A stretch of 64,000 bases of DNA from NCBI GenBank assembly GCA_013265495.1, contig MU058815.1, forward strand, positions 876,523 to 940,522, read 5' to 3'. A program made the translations under genes and the position numbers. The notes beneath the pieces are model-generated. The model worked only from the letters and a program-made list of their open reading frames with translations, was not told the origin of the DNA and ran no database searches. The stretch is from Vicugna vicugna. Its lineage: Eukaryota. Below are positions 40,550 to 55,017 of the stretch, in pieces (position 1 is the first letter of the stretch; every line of letters begins with the position of its first letter).

Positions 40550-40860
40550 GTGTGGATTGTGCTAATGGGGAAGGGAAGAAATCATGGAGGTATTAAAGGG
40601 CAGTTTATGAATCTGGCATGAAATCACCACCTCACTTCCTTCAACGCTGGAGATAACCGACAACAGACGTGTTTACAAGGGGCTAAAACCAGAAAGCAAG
40701 CCAGTTGGCAGACAGTAGAGTGAGCCTCGCAGAAATGAGCCAAGCTCAGATGAGATGAACCGATCCCCAGCCTCACAGCTCAGGATATACTAGGGGTTAC
40801 TGTTTTGAGCTGTTGAGTTTTGGCGTGGTTTGTTGCCACAGCAATAGCTCACTGACATAG
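40550..40860 (+). mobile_element. MLT1-type LTR, 3' part
   Basis: 'tactgttttgagctgttgagttttggcgtggtttgttgccacagcaatagctcactgaca'. Confidence 0.65.
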
Positions 40861-43769
40861 GATTTGTGAATTCATGGAGCCAACCTAATTTTGTTGCGCT
40901 CAGTGATCTGAGAGGCCAGAGCATCATAGCCTGGCCTCAGGAAGCTTCGCTGGTCCTCCCAGAGGAGTCCTGTTTGACTTTCTAGAAAATCCAAGAAGTA
41001 CAGGATTGCACACGTTGTGTCCTGTGGTCGGAAGGGGATGCTCAGTAGCAGTAACTGGTGTTAACAGCACCCAAGGGCACACAAAGGAGACACAAACTGA
41101 ATCCACTGAAATAAACAGATTCATGTGAAAAATTCAGCTCAGTGGCCTGTAAAAACATATTGACACAAATAGGCCAAGATCAGATTATTCAAAATAACAG
41201 TAGTGGTTATTCAATCTCAAATGCACCGTATATATAGAGAGAGTCAGTTTTATTTCTAGCGGTTATTTTATGCCCAAATTACAAACTTTACTGGTAAAAT
41301 GTATGATTCAAGGGGAAAACAAATAAAGCAATCCTTAATTTAAGGATCAACTCTTTCAGTGCGACAGTTGCTTTAAGCAATGTATTTTATTTGCATGAAA
41401 TGGCCAAGAACTGGGCACAAACACATATTCTAAACTTCTCTTCCTCTAACTCATGTTAATTGAGTTTCAACTGTCTTGACATTTACATCTGGGGACTCGA
41501 GTTTATGGCTCAAGCGAAGTTTTCATAAATTGCAACGTTTCCCTTGGCCATAGGATTTTTTCAATCTTTCATGACCGACACTTCTACCAATATAAAGCCC
41601 GAGTATTTTATAAGGGTTTATTGAATCTATTCAAATTGCATGTATTTATAACTGTATTTTATATTAACTATCTTCTAGGAGCTGAATGTGAAGGATGGCT
41701 CCGTGCGTCTAACCGTGGTGAAACAATTCCACCCACTTGATTTCTTGTTCCACGCTGTCAGTTTCAGTAAAGGCAAAATATAGACAATCTTCTTTGAAAC
41801 TAATTAAAATAAGACTCAAAACTATTTCTGCCCCATCACCATGGAATATCCATTTACAAGGACGTGATAAACCGTGAGTGTAGCTCTTAATTTTTTGAAG
41901 GAAAAAATATCACAGCCATACTTGCAGGAATTTGCATGTTGGGGTGTCCAGGCCGGAAGAGGTGTGAGTCCAGCTCATGGAACTGGTCGAAGTCACAGGG
42001 AAGGAGTTGTGTTCCGGAGCACTGATTCCACGGACAACGGTTCTCCATGGCAGTACCTCTCCAAGGCAATGTGACTCCAAAGCCCTCATCCTCCCCCTTG
42101 AGAGAGTAACATGGTCCTCAGGAGAGTCCTGAACCCCAGGTGACAGAGGAGTGTGTGACCTTCTTCATTTCTGTTTCCAATCCAAGAGTCACTTGTTTTG
42201 GGAGTCCATGGAGGTGGAGCCATGGAGGCAACACCAGGACCCAGGTGCCCCCCGGATTCCCTGCCGTACAGCCTGTGATGAGATGGGAAGTCTGAGTGGT
42301 GTGTCAGGAGGAGGTTGTAAAAACCACCTGCCTGAATAAAGGAGTTCATGAAATACATTTAAAAAAATCCAACAATGTCTTTCAATAAAATTTCAGTTCA
42401 CTAGAGAAATCGCAGGAGTAGAAGCAGAAATGATATTGTAGCAGAATTCTTACATTTCCTCTCTCTAACACCTTTCTGTTTTATTAAAAATATGTCATGT
42501 GTTGTACTGAAAACATATGGTATGTGTTCAAATCCTTAAAAGTTGATCTCTACTTCACTGAGACCCCACAGCTGCCTCCTTCCTGTCTCAGCATTGAAAT
42601 TCCCTGCCCTTTGATAAGGTACTGCATTTCCATACGGTAGACAAGCATCTTTCAGACGTTTGCTTATGTAAACCTTGCCTTAGAATTGAACCTACATGAT
42701 GAAAATCTGGCCAAGGTAAGACAGACATATAGACCCGGTCTACAATGGCTGCAGAAGTGGCCAATTAATCTTCCCGTTTCCTAGGATTTAGGGCAAAGGG
42801 GAAGAATGAGTCATAGCCACAAGGCTGACCTGGGATGCGACCAGACCTCCCAGAGCGGTCCCCGGCTCTTGGCTTGTTCTCTGACAAACGAGGACCCCAC
42901 AGACTGGACCCTGAGTATGACACAAAGAGACACTTTAAACAGTGGATTGCATACATGAGGTTGCCCCTTGAAAAATCCCTCAAAGTTTGATGATGGTAAA
43001 TAATGCAAAAATGTGTTTCAGAAAAAGCTGGCCTCTGATGGGGCCAAAATGTAGTTCACAAAACTATTTATTTCATTCTGATGAATGTGACATTTAGGCG
43101 CACACTGTATCTTACTTAGTAGAAAAATTGACTATTGGATCCAGAGAAACTGAGAAATTACAATTCCTCTAGCCCACCCTTAAGAATTATTCTTTAAAGC
43201 AACTTTAATTTTGTTCAAAAACAACTAGAAAGATGAATTCACAGTCAGGTGCCCTGAGAAGAACCTGGAGTGTGGGGGCCCTGTCCTGCAGGGGGCCGGG
43301 CTCAGGGAAAGACTGAATGCTTAACAAGAGGTGGACACCAGACAAGGACTCAGACTTGTCCATAGGGAGCCTCTGAGAACCTGCAGGCAGAACCAAGGTT
43401 TTCTGCAAAATGATAATCACGGCGCTGCCTTAGAGCAGGATTACATGGGTGATCGAGACAGACAAGTTATGTGCCGTAGAGCATAATTGTTATCATCAGT
43501 CCGATGAGATGTGTATGAATGCAGGCAAATAAATGTGCGTTTAGTTATGAATATTTTCCATAAAGCTTTATGGAAGCAATGAAATTCCCTGGTTTATTCA
43601 GAATTAAATGCATGTAATCATTGCCTACATCAGACTTTAAATTTCAGAGATCATAAAACACACACACACACACAGAAACAGAGGGCACATAGACACAAGA
43701 GAAACAGCATTGCCGAATTTTCCAGCCAGATAAGGCCATAGAAGGCCATTGAACACAAACATGTGCCTC

Positions 43770-44420
43770 TTTATTTGAAAATTTTAATTTAATTTTTTAT
43801 TGAAGTGTAATTGATGTACAATATTATATTAGTGTCAGTGCATGACGTAGTGATCTGATCTTTTTATGCACTATGAATTGATCACCACTGTAAGTCCAGT
43901 TACCATCTGTAAGCACACAAGGTTATTACAATATTATTGACCACATTTCCTGTGCCGGACATCTCATCCCTGTGATTTACATGCTTTATAACTAGATGGT
44001 TAAACCTCTTAATCCCCTTTCACTCATTTTGCCCATCTCCCTCACCCCCATCGCTCTGACAACCACTAATTTGTTTACTAAATATGTTCGTCCGCTTCTG
44101 TTTTGTTGTATTTCTTTGTTTTGTTTTTTTACAGTCCACATGTAAGTGAGATCATATGGCATTTTTCTTTATCTGACTTAGTCCACTTAGCATAATACCC
44201 TCAAGATTCAACCATGTTGACACAAATGGCATTATTTTATTCTTTTTTATGGCTGAGTAGTATTCCATTGCATAAGTATACCACATCTTCTTTATCCAAC
44301 CATCTGTCGATGGACATTTAGGTTGTTTCCGTGCCTTGGCTATTGTAAATAGTGCTGCTATGAACACTGGGGTGCATGTATCTTTTCAAATTAAAAGTTC
44401 CCTCCAGATATATGCCTCAT
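43770..44420 (-). mobile_element. L1 3' end (ORF2 C-terminus plus 3' UTR)
   Basis: Minus ORF 44152-44367: MFIAALFTIAK..KQPKCPSTDGWIKKMWY. Confidence 0.93.
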
Positions 44421-46439
44421 GGTCGCTTTTGACATGTGGTGACCATTGCCTCTACCCTTCTGTCCCTTCCCACTTTCTTTTTGACCACCTTCCTCTGACC
44501 CAGTTCTGAGACCTCCTCCATCTTGGTCACTTGTCCCCACTCTTCTAGGGCCTTCATGTGTGTAGAATCCCCCAGTGCAATGACTACCGGGGCTGAGTAG
44601 ACAGGATTCCATCCCCTAATTCTGGGCCACCACCTGCACAGTAGGACACGTATGAGTTGCCGGGGCCTGGTCACATCACTGACTCCCAGGAGTTTACTGT
44701 GGAGGGACTTCCTAGGTCAATTATGTCGTGCACTTAACACTGTTCTAGACCCAAGTGTAGAATAAGGATGTGAATTAACACAGTGCCTACCAACAAGCAC
44801 GTTCCTAACTGCCCAGTGTGACGTGTGCTTGTGTCATTTCTGTATGAGACACATGAACGGTCTTTCTGAGTATGAATGTGAGGTTATTTGGAGCCTGTCC
44901 TTCGCTCTTCCTTTCGCTCTGTCTACCTTTCAGTATGTTAGGATTCAGCCCTCCCACACCAATGGCCAGTGGCCAAGGCACAGCACCCTGAAGCCTGAGG
45001 TCCCACGTGGAGTATCCTACCTGGCCCTGGCCCTGGTCACAGGAGCCATTCCTTCCCCTTATCTCAAAGTTTCTGTGCCCCATTTTCTTGGATTGTCATG
45101 AGATAATTAGCATGCTAATGGCACAAAACAAACTGAATTAATATGTCAGTGGTGAATAGCTTAAACTTCTGCTGCTCTCAAAGCATCTGCTCTGTAACAG
45201 CCGTCAGTCACTCCACTTCCAAACGTGTTAAGTAAGGATTTCAGACAGCATTGCACCCCTAGTACATGAAGCAATGCTAATAATTCAGGCGTGCGGCAGA
45301 CCCACCACACAGACTCAGCTCAAACATACTGTCAAGATTCCCCTGAAACAAAGTGAGCCATTTTTCATAACTTACTTGAACTTTGCGATGGGCTGTGTCA
45401 CAAGATAAAAACGTTATTCAGTGAATGCCAATATAAAGGATCAGAAATATAATGCAGTCTTCTTAAAAATCCACAATGAGTATTTCTCTCTCAGATATTC
45501 ACTTGTCTTGACACACCTCATAATTGACTGTAAAGCAAAGTCTAAGAGGAAAATTGCTGGAAAGGTCATTTAAGAAGAAAATATTAGCAGAGAATTCCAT
45601 TATCGGGGAAACGGCTAATGTGTAATGTCACTTTTTTGACAACTAGATTTGAAGAATCAGGTATTTTTAATAAGCTCCTTACTCTGTCACATATAAAACA
45701 TCTAGAAAAAAATGTATCAGAGAAACTTAGCAATTACTCATGATTTGTGTCTTCTACCTTAGAAATGATCCTGATACAGTGTGTACACTATGTTTGGCTA
45801 AAATCAGAATATAAACAGAATTATTCATTCCCCAGAATAAACACTCATCGACTTAAATCAGCTATAATCAGTAGGGTTGACTATAGGTTGAATGTTAAGT
45901 GACTCAGGGACAACAGATTCGATCTGATTCAAATTAACCGTTTAGTTATATGGTGATAGATCTATTGTTAATAAATAAATTTCTAATGGTGGACAAAGCT
46001 CCTAAATATGATTCAGTGGAGGCATCGTATAGAAACAACTTATTTACAGTGATAAATGTACACTAGAATAATCAAAGTTAAAATGGATGATGGTTTAAAA
46101 GTTTTATTTAACTATATGCATTGCAATGTATATTTTTATTTATTGTAAATTATAATAAATATAATAAATTATAATAAATATAAACACTATGTATGTATAC
46201 ATAGTGTATATACATATATATCTTTCTGTTACATGATATATACTGCTAACATCATTTCATTCAAAATAATTGCCCTGAATTTTGGAATACTTAGTGTTCC
46301 ATAAACAACTGTTCAATATTGAATGGATGAATAAATTCCCAGACAGATTTATATATACCTTTCTCCCTTTATCTGATACCAAGGCTGGAAAAAATGGTAC
46401 AAAAAGTTAAGAACTGTCCATGTTTTACAGATACAGATA

Positions 46440-46870
46440 GAAAAAGTTTAAATACAATGCTGGTTAATCTGATTCAAGAATGTATTAAAGAATAATAAGT
46501 TGTTGCTAAATAGATTTTAGCCCAAGAATATCAGGATTTTTCTAAATTAGAAAACCTAATAATATTAACAGATTAAGGCAAAAAAGATACACAAATACGT
46601 ATAGAAAAAGCACTTTATGTAATTTGTATTAATTTATGATAGAAAACAAGCAACAGCAATAATAAAAATGAAAGTTGTTTAGCAAGTACTAAATAGAAGA
46701 TATGCTGCTAAAAAGTGTTGGCCAAATTGTGCTATAAACCCCAAACTTGGAACAAGACAAAATTTCCCAGCACTATTCCTCCTCAGAATTGTACAAGAAC
46801 TTAGAGCGTAAGACAAAGAGAAAGAAAGAAAGAAAGGAAGAAAGAAAGGAAGAAAGGAAGAAAGGAAGAG

Positions 46871-46945
<75 letters not shown>

Positions 46946-48330
46946 AGCAGAGTGCAGGACAAGTCAGTCTGGCAAGGATCCCCAGATCACTTACTGACAG
47001 GAGAGAAAGGAAAGAAAAAAGAAAGAAAGAAAGAAAGAAAGAAAAAAAGAAAGAAAGAAAGGAAGGGAGGGAGGGAGGGAGGAAGAAAGAAAAGAAAGAA
47101 AGAAGAAGAGGAAGAAAGGAGAGAAAGAAAAGAAAGGGAAAAAAGACTGATAAAAGTTTCCAAAGAATTTGTCCAAAGGTATAGGCTCCATTATTTGTCT
47201 GCACATAAAATCCAAAGAATCAAGACACTTGAATACGAATTCTCTCAGTCCGTTAAAGTTCCACACACAGCTATCAGCAGACACTACTGCAGCCATTCAT
47301 AGCAACTGGAAACTGTAAAAGATGAAGAAAGTTTTCCAACCAGAGAGCCCAACTGTGTGGCCAGGATTTGACACAGCAAAATCACAAAGAATCTAAGAAG
47401 AAATAAACTAGATAAGTAGAGTGAAGCAACCTGTTATGAAATGGAAAACTCAAAGTTATAAAGACATAAAAGGACTCTAAGTTAATACATAAACCTAATA
47501 CAATTCCAATCAAAATTTCAGTGTAGTATTTAACAAAGTTATTAGGAAAACTCAGAAAGCTCTCAAATAGAAGAACAAGAAGTTCATATATATATATTCA
47601 TATACGTTCATATTATATATATATATATATATCAGTGTTCGGTAAATTAAAAGAATTCGATTTTAGCACAGAACTTTTTAAAAATATGTCAATGAAATAA
47701 ACTATAGCGTTCAGAAGCAGCTGCATTTCTGTATGATGATTAATATCTGGTACAGGTTACATAGAAAATCAGAGGGGAAAAGATGGGTTTCGTAGTGCGT
47801 GATTCCAGAACATTTGGTTTTCCATATGGAAAAAAAGTAAAATTGCACTCCAACCTCAAACCATCCCTGAACAATAAGTTCCAGGTGGCCAACATAATAA
47901 ACATTAACAACAAAACTTTAAAATGATTAAAGAAAAAAGAGAATAATCTCTTGGCTTTAAGATAGAAAAAGACTCTTTTTTTCCGTTTAAATAAGACCCC
48001 CAAAAAATCACAAATCATAAAGGAAAAGATAAATTTAACTATATCAAAAAAAAAAAACCACCTTCTGGGTAACATAAGAAACTGGGAATAAAATTTAAAA
48101 ATTGATTATAGAATTGCATAGACCCCTGTGCACAGATACACCAATGAGTGCACATATAACTGAAACCTGAGTAAGATTCTTTGCATTTCAACAATATCGA
48201 TTTCCTGGTTGTGATACTGCACTGAAATTATGCAAGACGCTGCCACTGGAAGGAGCTGGGTGAAGGGTACATGGCACCTCTCCCACCTGTGACTCTACAA
48301 TTATTTGCAAAATAAACAACAAAATTTTTT
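46440..48330 (+). mobile_element. Very decayed old L1 (L1ME/MC-like) fragments
   Basis: Remnants 'aatacaattccaatcaaaatt', 'aaatcataaaggaaaagataaatttaactatatcaaaa', 'atttcctggttgtgatactg...gctgggtgaagggtacatgg'. Confidence 0.65.
46815..47146. repeat. Two purine-only tracts (GAAA/GGAA/GGGA; ~46815-46946 and ~47000-47146) separated by ~53 bp
   Basis: Read directly. Confidence 0.95.
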
Positions 48331-50111
48331 AAATGATATTTGCAGCATCAATAAAGGGAAAAATATTGACAACCAAAATAAAGACTTCTTGAAGTTCAAT
48401 GAGGATTTTTTTTTAAAGAAAGAAAGAGGGGGAAAGAGAGAAAGAAGGGACTGAAAAGGAGAATGAATGGAGGGAGAATAAAAGGAAGGAGAGAAAAGGA
48501 AAAGAAAGAAAATGGACAAAAGAACCAGCAGTTTATGAAACAGGAAACTTAAATCAAGAACATATTTAAAGATTCTCAGACCCATTAGTATCTAGAGACA
48601 TGAACATTTACAGCAATAATGAGATTGCAATTTTCTTTATCTGTGCTTGCGAGAATGAAAGAGGCAGAGAAAAATCAAGCTTGGCTGAAGTGGAGATTAA
48701 GGAGCTCTCCCACGATGCCGGTGGGAGGAGAAGCAGACACAGTGATTGTGCAGGTGAAACAACACGTCAGCAACGTGGCCTACAGGTAACTACAGCCCCA
48801 GATCCTCTGCTCCAGCACCCGGACACCTTCCACGATCCACGCAAACATGGAGTGTCTTTGGCGGCCGCATCCCTCATCGTGGTGCCCGCGTGCTCTCAGT
48901 GCTCACAATGTGATGCTACTCCAGGTGTCCTGGTGTGTCCTGCCGTGTCCTGGACACTGTACTCTGACCTCATGGCAGCCCTACTTCTGTCTGCGGCAAA
49001 ATGAAGCTTTGATCATGTAATAGGTATAGAATAGACAGATTACAAAATAGAAAGACAGATTACAAAAACCAGGAAGAATATAAAACCAACAGATCTGTGC
49101 CCGTGTATAGATTCCCCAAAGCCACCACTGGCCTCAGGTTTACAAAACCTCGTCTCGAATTTAGCCCGTGTGTTGTCTTTCCTCCGGACACAGTCACCTG
49201 CCTGGAATATAGCGTAAGTCCTCTGGTTACATTTCCCTTGCTCACCCAAACTCTGGCACACTTTTGCCAATGCTACCTCCTATGGAATTTTCAAAGCATA
49301 CTCCAAAGTAATAATGAAATAACTTGGCATTTGAATCTACTTGGCCTCAGTTTGAAGATCTGCAGAGATTGATAAGGACAGTGGCAAACAGGATGCTCCA
49401 TTTTACATACAGAGGGGAATTGCATTGTTTGCCTCGGGGAAGGTTCATTTACTCATCAAATAAATACAGTGACCATAGTTAATAATAAATAGAAAAAGTA
49501 ATAAAAATAAGCCATATTTGGTCATCATTTAAGTCGGTCACTTTCTAGATATTGGGTAAACACTGATCCAAACAAAATTCCTCCTGACTTGAAGCAAACT
49601 TTCCAGTGGAGGAAGCTGGGGGGTGCAAACACACAGAAATGTCAGGTGCCCAGTGCTCCCGGTGCACGGGCGAGGGCTGTGGGAAACGACAGCAGAGGGG
49701 TGACTTTGCTGTTGGGGAAGTCCTTAATGGTAGGATGGTCTCTGAGCAATGAGGCGAACCACGTGAGGGACATTATACTCGGCATTTAGAGATCAGTGCA
49801 TACTCAAAAAAGGCAGACAGTCCCAGATTTTAGGCTAAGATTGCAAATATTTAATTGGGTGCAAAGTTTTAAAACTGATCCCAGACAGAATTTAGCACTC
49901 ATATCACTATTTCCTAATCACCACCATTGTGGGGAAAAAAACACCCTGGGACCAGATGCCCTGGGCTGCGAGCCCCGTCAGTCAGCAACTCAGGAATCTG
50001 AGTCTCCGGGGCTCTTTGATTCTGAGTCTTTAATAATGTCACCATCCTGTCTGGATCCCAGTCTCTTCATCTCAAAAATAACAAGATTAAAGCCTACAGT
50101 CATACAATGTT

Positions 50112-50335
50112 TTGGGACTTTGAGATTTGCAAATATTAACTCCTATATATGAAAATAGATGGAAAAAAAACAAGTTTCTTCAGTATAGCACGGGGAACTC
50201 TTCAATATCTTGTAATAACCTTTAATGAAAAGGAAAATGAAAATGAATATCCGTATGTATATGTATGACTGAGACATTGTGCTGCACACCAGAAACTGAC
50301 ACATTGTAACTGACTATACTTCAATTTAAAAAAAA
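50112..50335 (+). mobile_element. Young L1 3' UTR fragment with poly(A), next to a MIR relic (~49950-50100)
   Basis: Same family sequence as ~16410-16620: 'tttgagatttgca...cacaccagaaactgacacattgtaactgactatacttcaatttaaaaaaa'. Confidence 0.88.
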
Positions 50336-50343
50336 GGCGTAAT

Positions 50344-51066
50344 GGAATGGCTATTATCAAAATGACCACAAATAACAAGCGTCGGGGAGGATGTGAAGAA
50401 AAGAGAACCCTTGTGCACTGCTGGTGGGAATGTACATTGGTGCAGCCACCACAGAAAACAGTATGGAGGTTCTTAAAAAAATTAAAAATAGAACTACCAC
50501 ATGATCCAGCAATCCCACTTCTGGGTATTTATCTGATGGAAACCAAAACATGAATTCGAAAAGATATCTGCACCCCCATGTTAGCTGCAACATTATTTAC
50601 AATAAGCTAGATATGGAAATAAACTAATTGTTACTGATGGATGATGTGATGTATGTGTACATATACATACACATATATAATGTATATATGTTACATAATT
50701 TTATACATATATATATATGTAATGGAATATATGTATATATAATTGGCCACAAAAAAGAATGGAATCTCGCCATTTGCAACGGCATGAATGGGCCTTGAGG
50801 ACATTATGCTCAGTGAAATAAGTTAGACCAAGAAAGGCAAATACCACAGTACTTCGCTTATACGTGCAATCTAAAAACAAACTGAACAAAACACCACCAA
50901 CAATAAAAATAAACTCGTAGATACAGAGAACAGATGGGTGGTAGCCGGAAGCAAAGATTGGGATGGTGGGAAAAATGAGTGGAGAGGGGCAAAAGGTACA
51001 AACTTCCAGTTATAAAATAAATACGTCATGAGGAGGTAATACAAAGCATGGTGACTATAGTTAAGG
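50344..51066 (+). mobile_element. Older L1 3' region (L1MA-like)
   Basis: ORF 50347-50553 [38 protein letters not shown], and 'aaggtacaaacttccagttataaaataaata'. Confidence 0.9.
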
Positions 51067-51067
51067 A

Positions 51068-51757
51068 TACTTCACTTAGAATGGCAATCTCCAGGTCCAT
51101 CCATGCTGCTGCAAATGGCATTATTTTATTATCTTTTATGGCTGAGTGGTATTCCAGTATATAAATATACTGCAACTTCTTTATCCAGTCATCTGTCGAT
51201 GGACATTTACGTTGCTTCCACGTCTTGGCTGTTGTAAATCGTGCTGCTATGAACATGGGGGTGCATGTGTCTTTTTGAATTAAGGTTCCCTCCAGATATG
51301 TGCCCGGGAGTGGGATTGCTGGATCATATAGGAAGTCTGTAATGCCATTTACAGCAACACGGATGCAAGTGAAGTAAGCCAGAAAGAGAAAGAAAAATAC
51401 CATATGGTATTTATGTGGAATCTTAAAAAAAAAAAAGACAAGCAAACTTATTTACAAAACTGACTCACAGACATAGAAATAAACTTACGGTTATGGGGGG
51501 GGGAGAAGGGGGTGGGGATGGATGAACTGGGAGTTTGAGATTTGCAGATACTAACTATTATGTATAAAATAGATAAACCAGTTCACAATGTAGAGCACAG
51601 AGAACCATGTTCAATAGCTTGTGGTAACTTATGATAAAAAAGAGTATGAAAATGAATACATGTATGTTCATGGATGACTGAAGCATGTGCTGTGCACTGG
51701 AGATTGACACAACATTGTAAACTGACTAGACTTGAATAAAAAATGTATAGACAAAAA
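51068..51757. mobile_element. Young L1 with inverted 5' segment (- strand 51068-51339, + strand 51340-51757)
   Basis: Antisense ORF2-end sequence abuts the sense continuation and the A-rich tail. Confidence 0.85.
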
Positions 51758-52229
51758 ATACTGTAAACAGAAGGCATAATCTTCTGAGCAGAAATACACG
51801 TTTCATACCTGAACCAAAAAAAGGGCTAAATCTCAAAGTCTTGTCCACCTTTTTTCTGGCTCATGGGATGAGAGACAAACTCCTTCTCCCACCAAGCACT
51901 ATAAAGGGGAGGGTACAGGTGAGAACAGAAAGAAACATGAAATTCCCCGAGTTCTACTCCTTCTAAAGATCATGGCCAGTTCTCCCCAAAAGCGTCTCTC
52001 CTTGGCTGCTGCCCACATGTGCGTCCATCCCAAAGGTCTGTCCTCACCCTCCTACAGAGTTAAACAGGCGAGCAGGAACCGCTCAATTTCCCTGGATAAG
52101 CCCGTCGCTGCCCCATTTTACTATCTGTTTCCCACCAGTAAATTCCAAGTCAAAAGACCAAAGTTATCAATATCATGTTTCCAGACCCTTTTTTAAACAA
52201 CAACAACAACAAAGATTCTTCCCCAGTGA

Positions 52230-52440
52230 GAACTTTAATTTTACCAAATAAGTGCCTACTTAAAATGACTGACATTGGGCAAGGCATTTAACCTCAAGCT
52301 GCGTCAGGGTCCTCATTTATGAAAGCGGAAATAATAATAGTCCACCTCATAGAACCGTTATGTGACGTGAGCAAACTGAAGCCCCCAGTGTGTTTAGAAC
52401 AACACCTGGGATATTTCAGGCAACCTATCAGGATTCACTG
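52230..52440 (+). mobile_element. MIR
   Basis: 'tgacattgggcaaggcatttaacctc...tcctcatttatgaaagcggaaataataatagtccacctcatag'. Confidence 0.8.
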
Positions 52441-54361
52441 TTATTTGCAATGATACCTACCCCCAGATTAGAAGTCCCTGTGGTGGCCTTCACATTTCTC
52501 TTACGGTCTTGTAAGAAATCTAGAGAATCTCTCTGTTCATTGATCCGTGCATTTTCATGTGCACAGGCTGATGTAAGTCTCTGCTCCAGGGGCCTGGAGC
52601 CCTACTTTTGATGGACGAGCACAAGTATCTATAGGGTGGTTTTATAAAGACGCAGGACAGAAGGGTTAGGGAGATTTGACTATGAAGGCAAGATCAGGGG
52701 ATAAGGAGGCTTTAATCAACAAAGAGGAGCGGATGGAGGGCAGTCGGTGGCGAATTTTAAACAGCAAAGTCAGCAGAGCATAGCCCTTGCAGAGGAAGGG
52801 GCAGGACTGAAGACTGGAAGGTGACCCACAAGACTGAGATGCCAACCGAGGGGTCTGGAGAGGCACAAAGCCTGGCCCCAGGGCAGGACACGGGTGTTCC
52901 ACTGGCCATGAGTAGCTCGTGGAGGTGCCTCTGAGTTAGGGCACGTGTATGTATTTCTAACAGGCTAGCATTTAGCTGAGCTGGGCGTTGGCCATAAGAC
53001 TTGATGAAAGCGGAAATCTGGGAAAGCAAGGGCTTTGCTGAATAGGAAAAAGAAATTGTATATTCATTCCAAATCCTGACCATCAGGCACCAGGCAGCAA
53101 GCCAGGGTACTGATATCTGTTTATACAATGTATGTGTTATCATTACACTGGTAAATTAAGTGATGTTTGCCTTATTTCAAATCACTAAGTTTTATATCAG
53201 AGTGATATACACATATAGCTTTGCTTACCAGACCAGAAAATTCATCACGCGAAGTCCATTTTTCACAGCACATCTAAATCCTTTACCCTAGGCAACCAGC
53301 CTGGTCCATGTTAATGCGATTCCTTTAGAGATCACTGCCAAGCTAGAAAATCAGGGCATGCCTTCAGGTGACAGTGAGCACATCATGGTAATGGCTTTCT
53401 AAGATTATTTGTTTTTCACAAAGTTGAAAAACTTGATATAAAAATGTGTGTTACAGGACACTAAAGACGTTTATCTAAAATTGAACACAATAGTTGCCTA
53501 TTTATCCAGTATGAAAGCCCAGATTCTTTCCTTAAACAACTCTTAAATAAAAAGGAAGTAAGGTTTAAATTTAATATCAGATCCTGACATTAAATGTATT
53601 ATAAATCTTGACACAAAGAGCTGAATTTATTCCACAGCTGTCTCCAGGTACAAGAATATAAATTTAAGGAAACATGGGTTAATAAGTTGGCATCTGACAT
53701 TTCTGAATTTTCCATTTTTTTTTTCTTGGTCTAAGTTTCTAATGCATCAAGTTATTTTTTAATTAAAATATATCCCCTAGATTAGAAGTAACTGGTTATA
53801 CTTATAAATTTATCTTCAGAATACATCAATCCAAAACCCAGTAGAAAAAAATGTTTTTATCCATAGCAATTCTTTATTTTTGCTTACTCACCAAGAAAAA
53901 TTAATTATTAATTCCCACGGAACTATCACTAGAGAGTAAGAAACAGACCTAAAACAAACATGAGTACAAAAGGAACGTTCTAAACATTAGTTACCAGTCA
54001 TTTTCCCCAGCATGTGTCTTTTGTCAGTGTGAATGGTGGACAGTCCCAGGTAGGGGAGCAGGGAGAACATTTTGTCTAAATTTAAATGTTGATACATTTC
54101 AAAATGGTACCGCTATCTCCAGAAACACATGAAAAATTGAATGGCAGGGCAACAGAAGACATGTAGATTTCATTATACACCTTACACTTACACCAAGGAG
54201 TTGATATGAATACATTTAGAGTCTGAGTTTTTGATTATTTGAATTTTGAGAGATGAGGAGCAAAAGGAATGAAGAAATGTTCATATTTTCCCCCATGATC
54301 CTCATGAAATTGTGTAATATAGAATCACCGAAATTTCTGCAGTTTCCATTAAACAGATAAA

Positions 54362-54579
54362 GGATGATGATAGATAGATAGATAGATAAGATAGATGATG
54401 GATGGAAGGATGGAAGGATAGACAGACTAGATAGACAGACAGACAGACTAGATAGATGGATAGATGGATGGATAGCTAGCTAGCTAGCTAGCTAGATAGA
54501 TAGATGATGGATGGATGGATGGATGGATAGACAGACTAGATAGATAGACAGACAGACTAGATAGATGGATAGATGGATG

Positions 54580-54613
<34 letters not shown>

Positions 54614-54680
54614 GGATGGATGGATAGACAGACTAGATAGATAGACAGACTAGATAGATGGATAGATGGATGGATGGATG

Positions 54681-54714
<34 letters not shown>

Positions 54715-54781
54715 GGATGGATGGATAGACAGACTAGATAGATAGACAGACTAGATAGATGGATAGATGGATGGATGGATG

Positions 54782-54815
<34 letters not shown>

Positions 54816-54882
54816 GGATGGATGGATAGACAGACTAGATAGATAGACAGACTAGATAGATGGATAGATGGATGGATGGATG

Positions 54883-54916
<34 letters not shown>

Positions 54917-54983
54917 GGATGGATGGATAGACAGACTAGATAGATAGACAGACTAGATAGATGGATAGATGGATGGATGGATG

Positions 54984-55017
<34 letters not shown>

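Noticed and set aside
46184..46207. 11-bp palindrome acactatgtat/atacatagtgt
   Set aside because: Lies in low-complexity TA-rich sequence where such symmetry is common.
46747..47302. Lys/Glu/Arg-rich and Phe/Leu/Ser-rich ORFs
   Set aside because: Translations of stop-free GAAA repeats. The same applies to 57192-57498.
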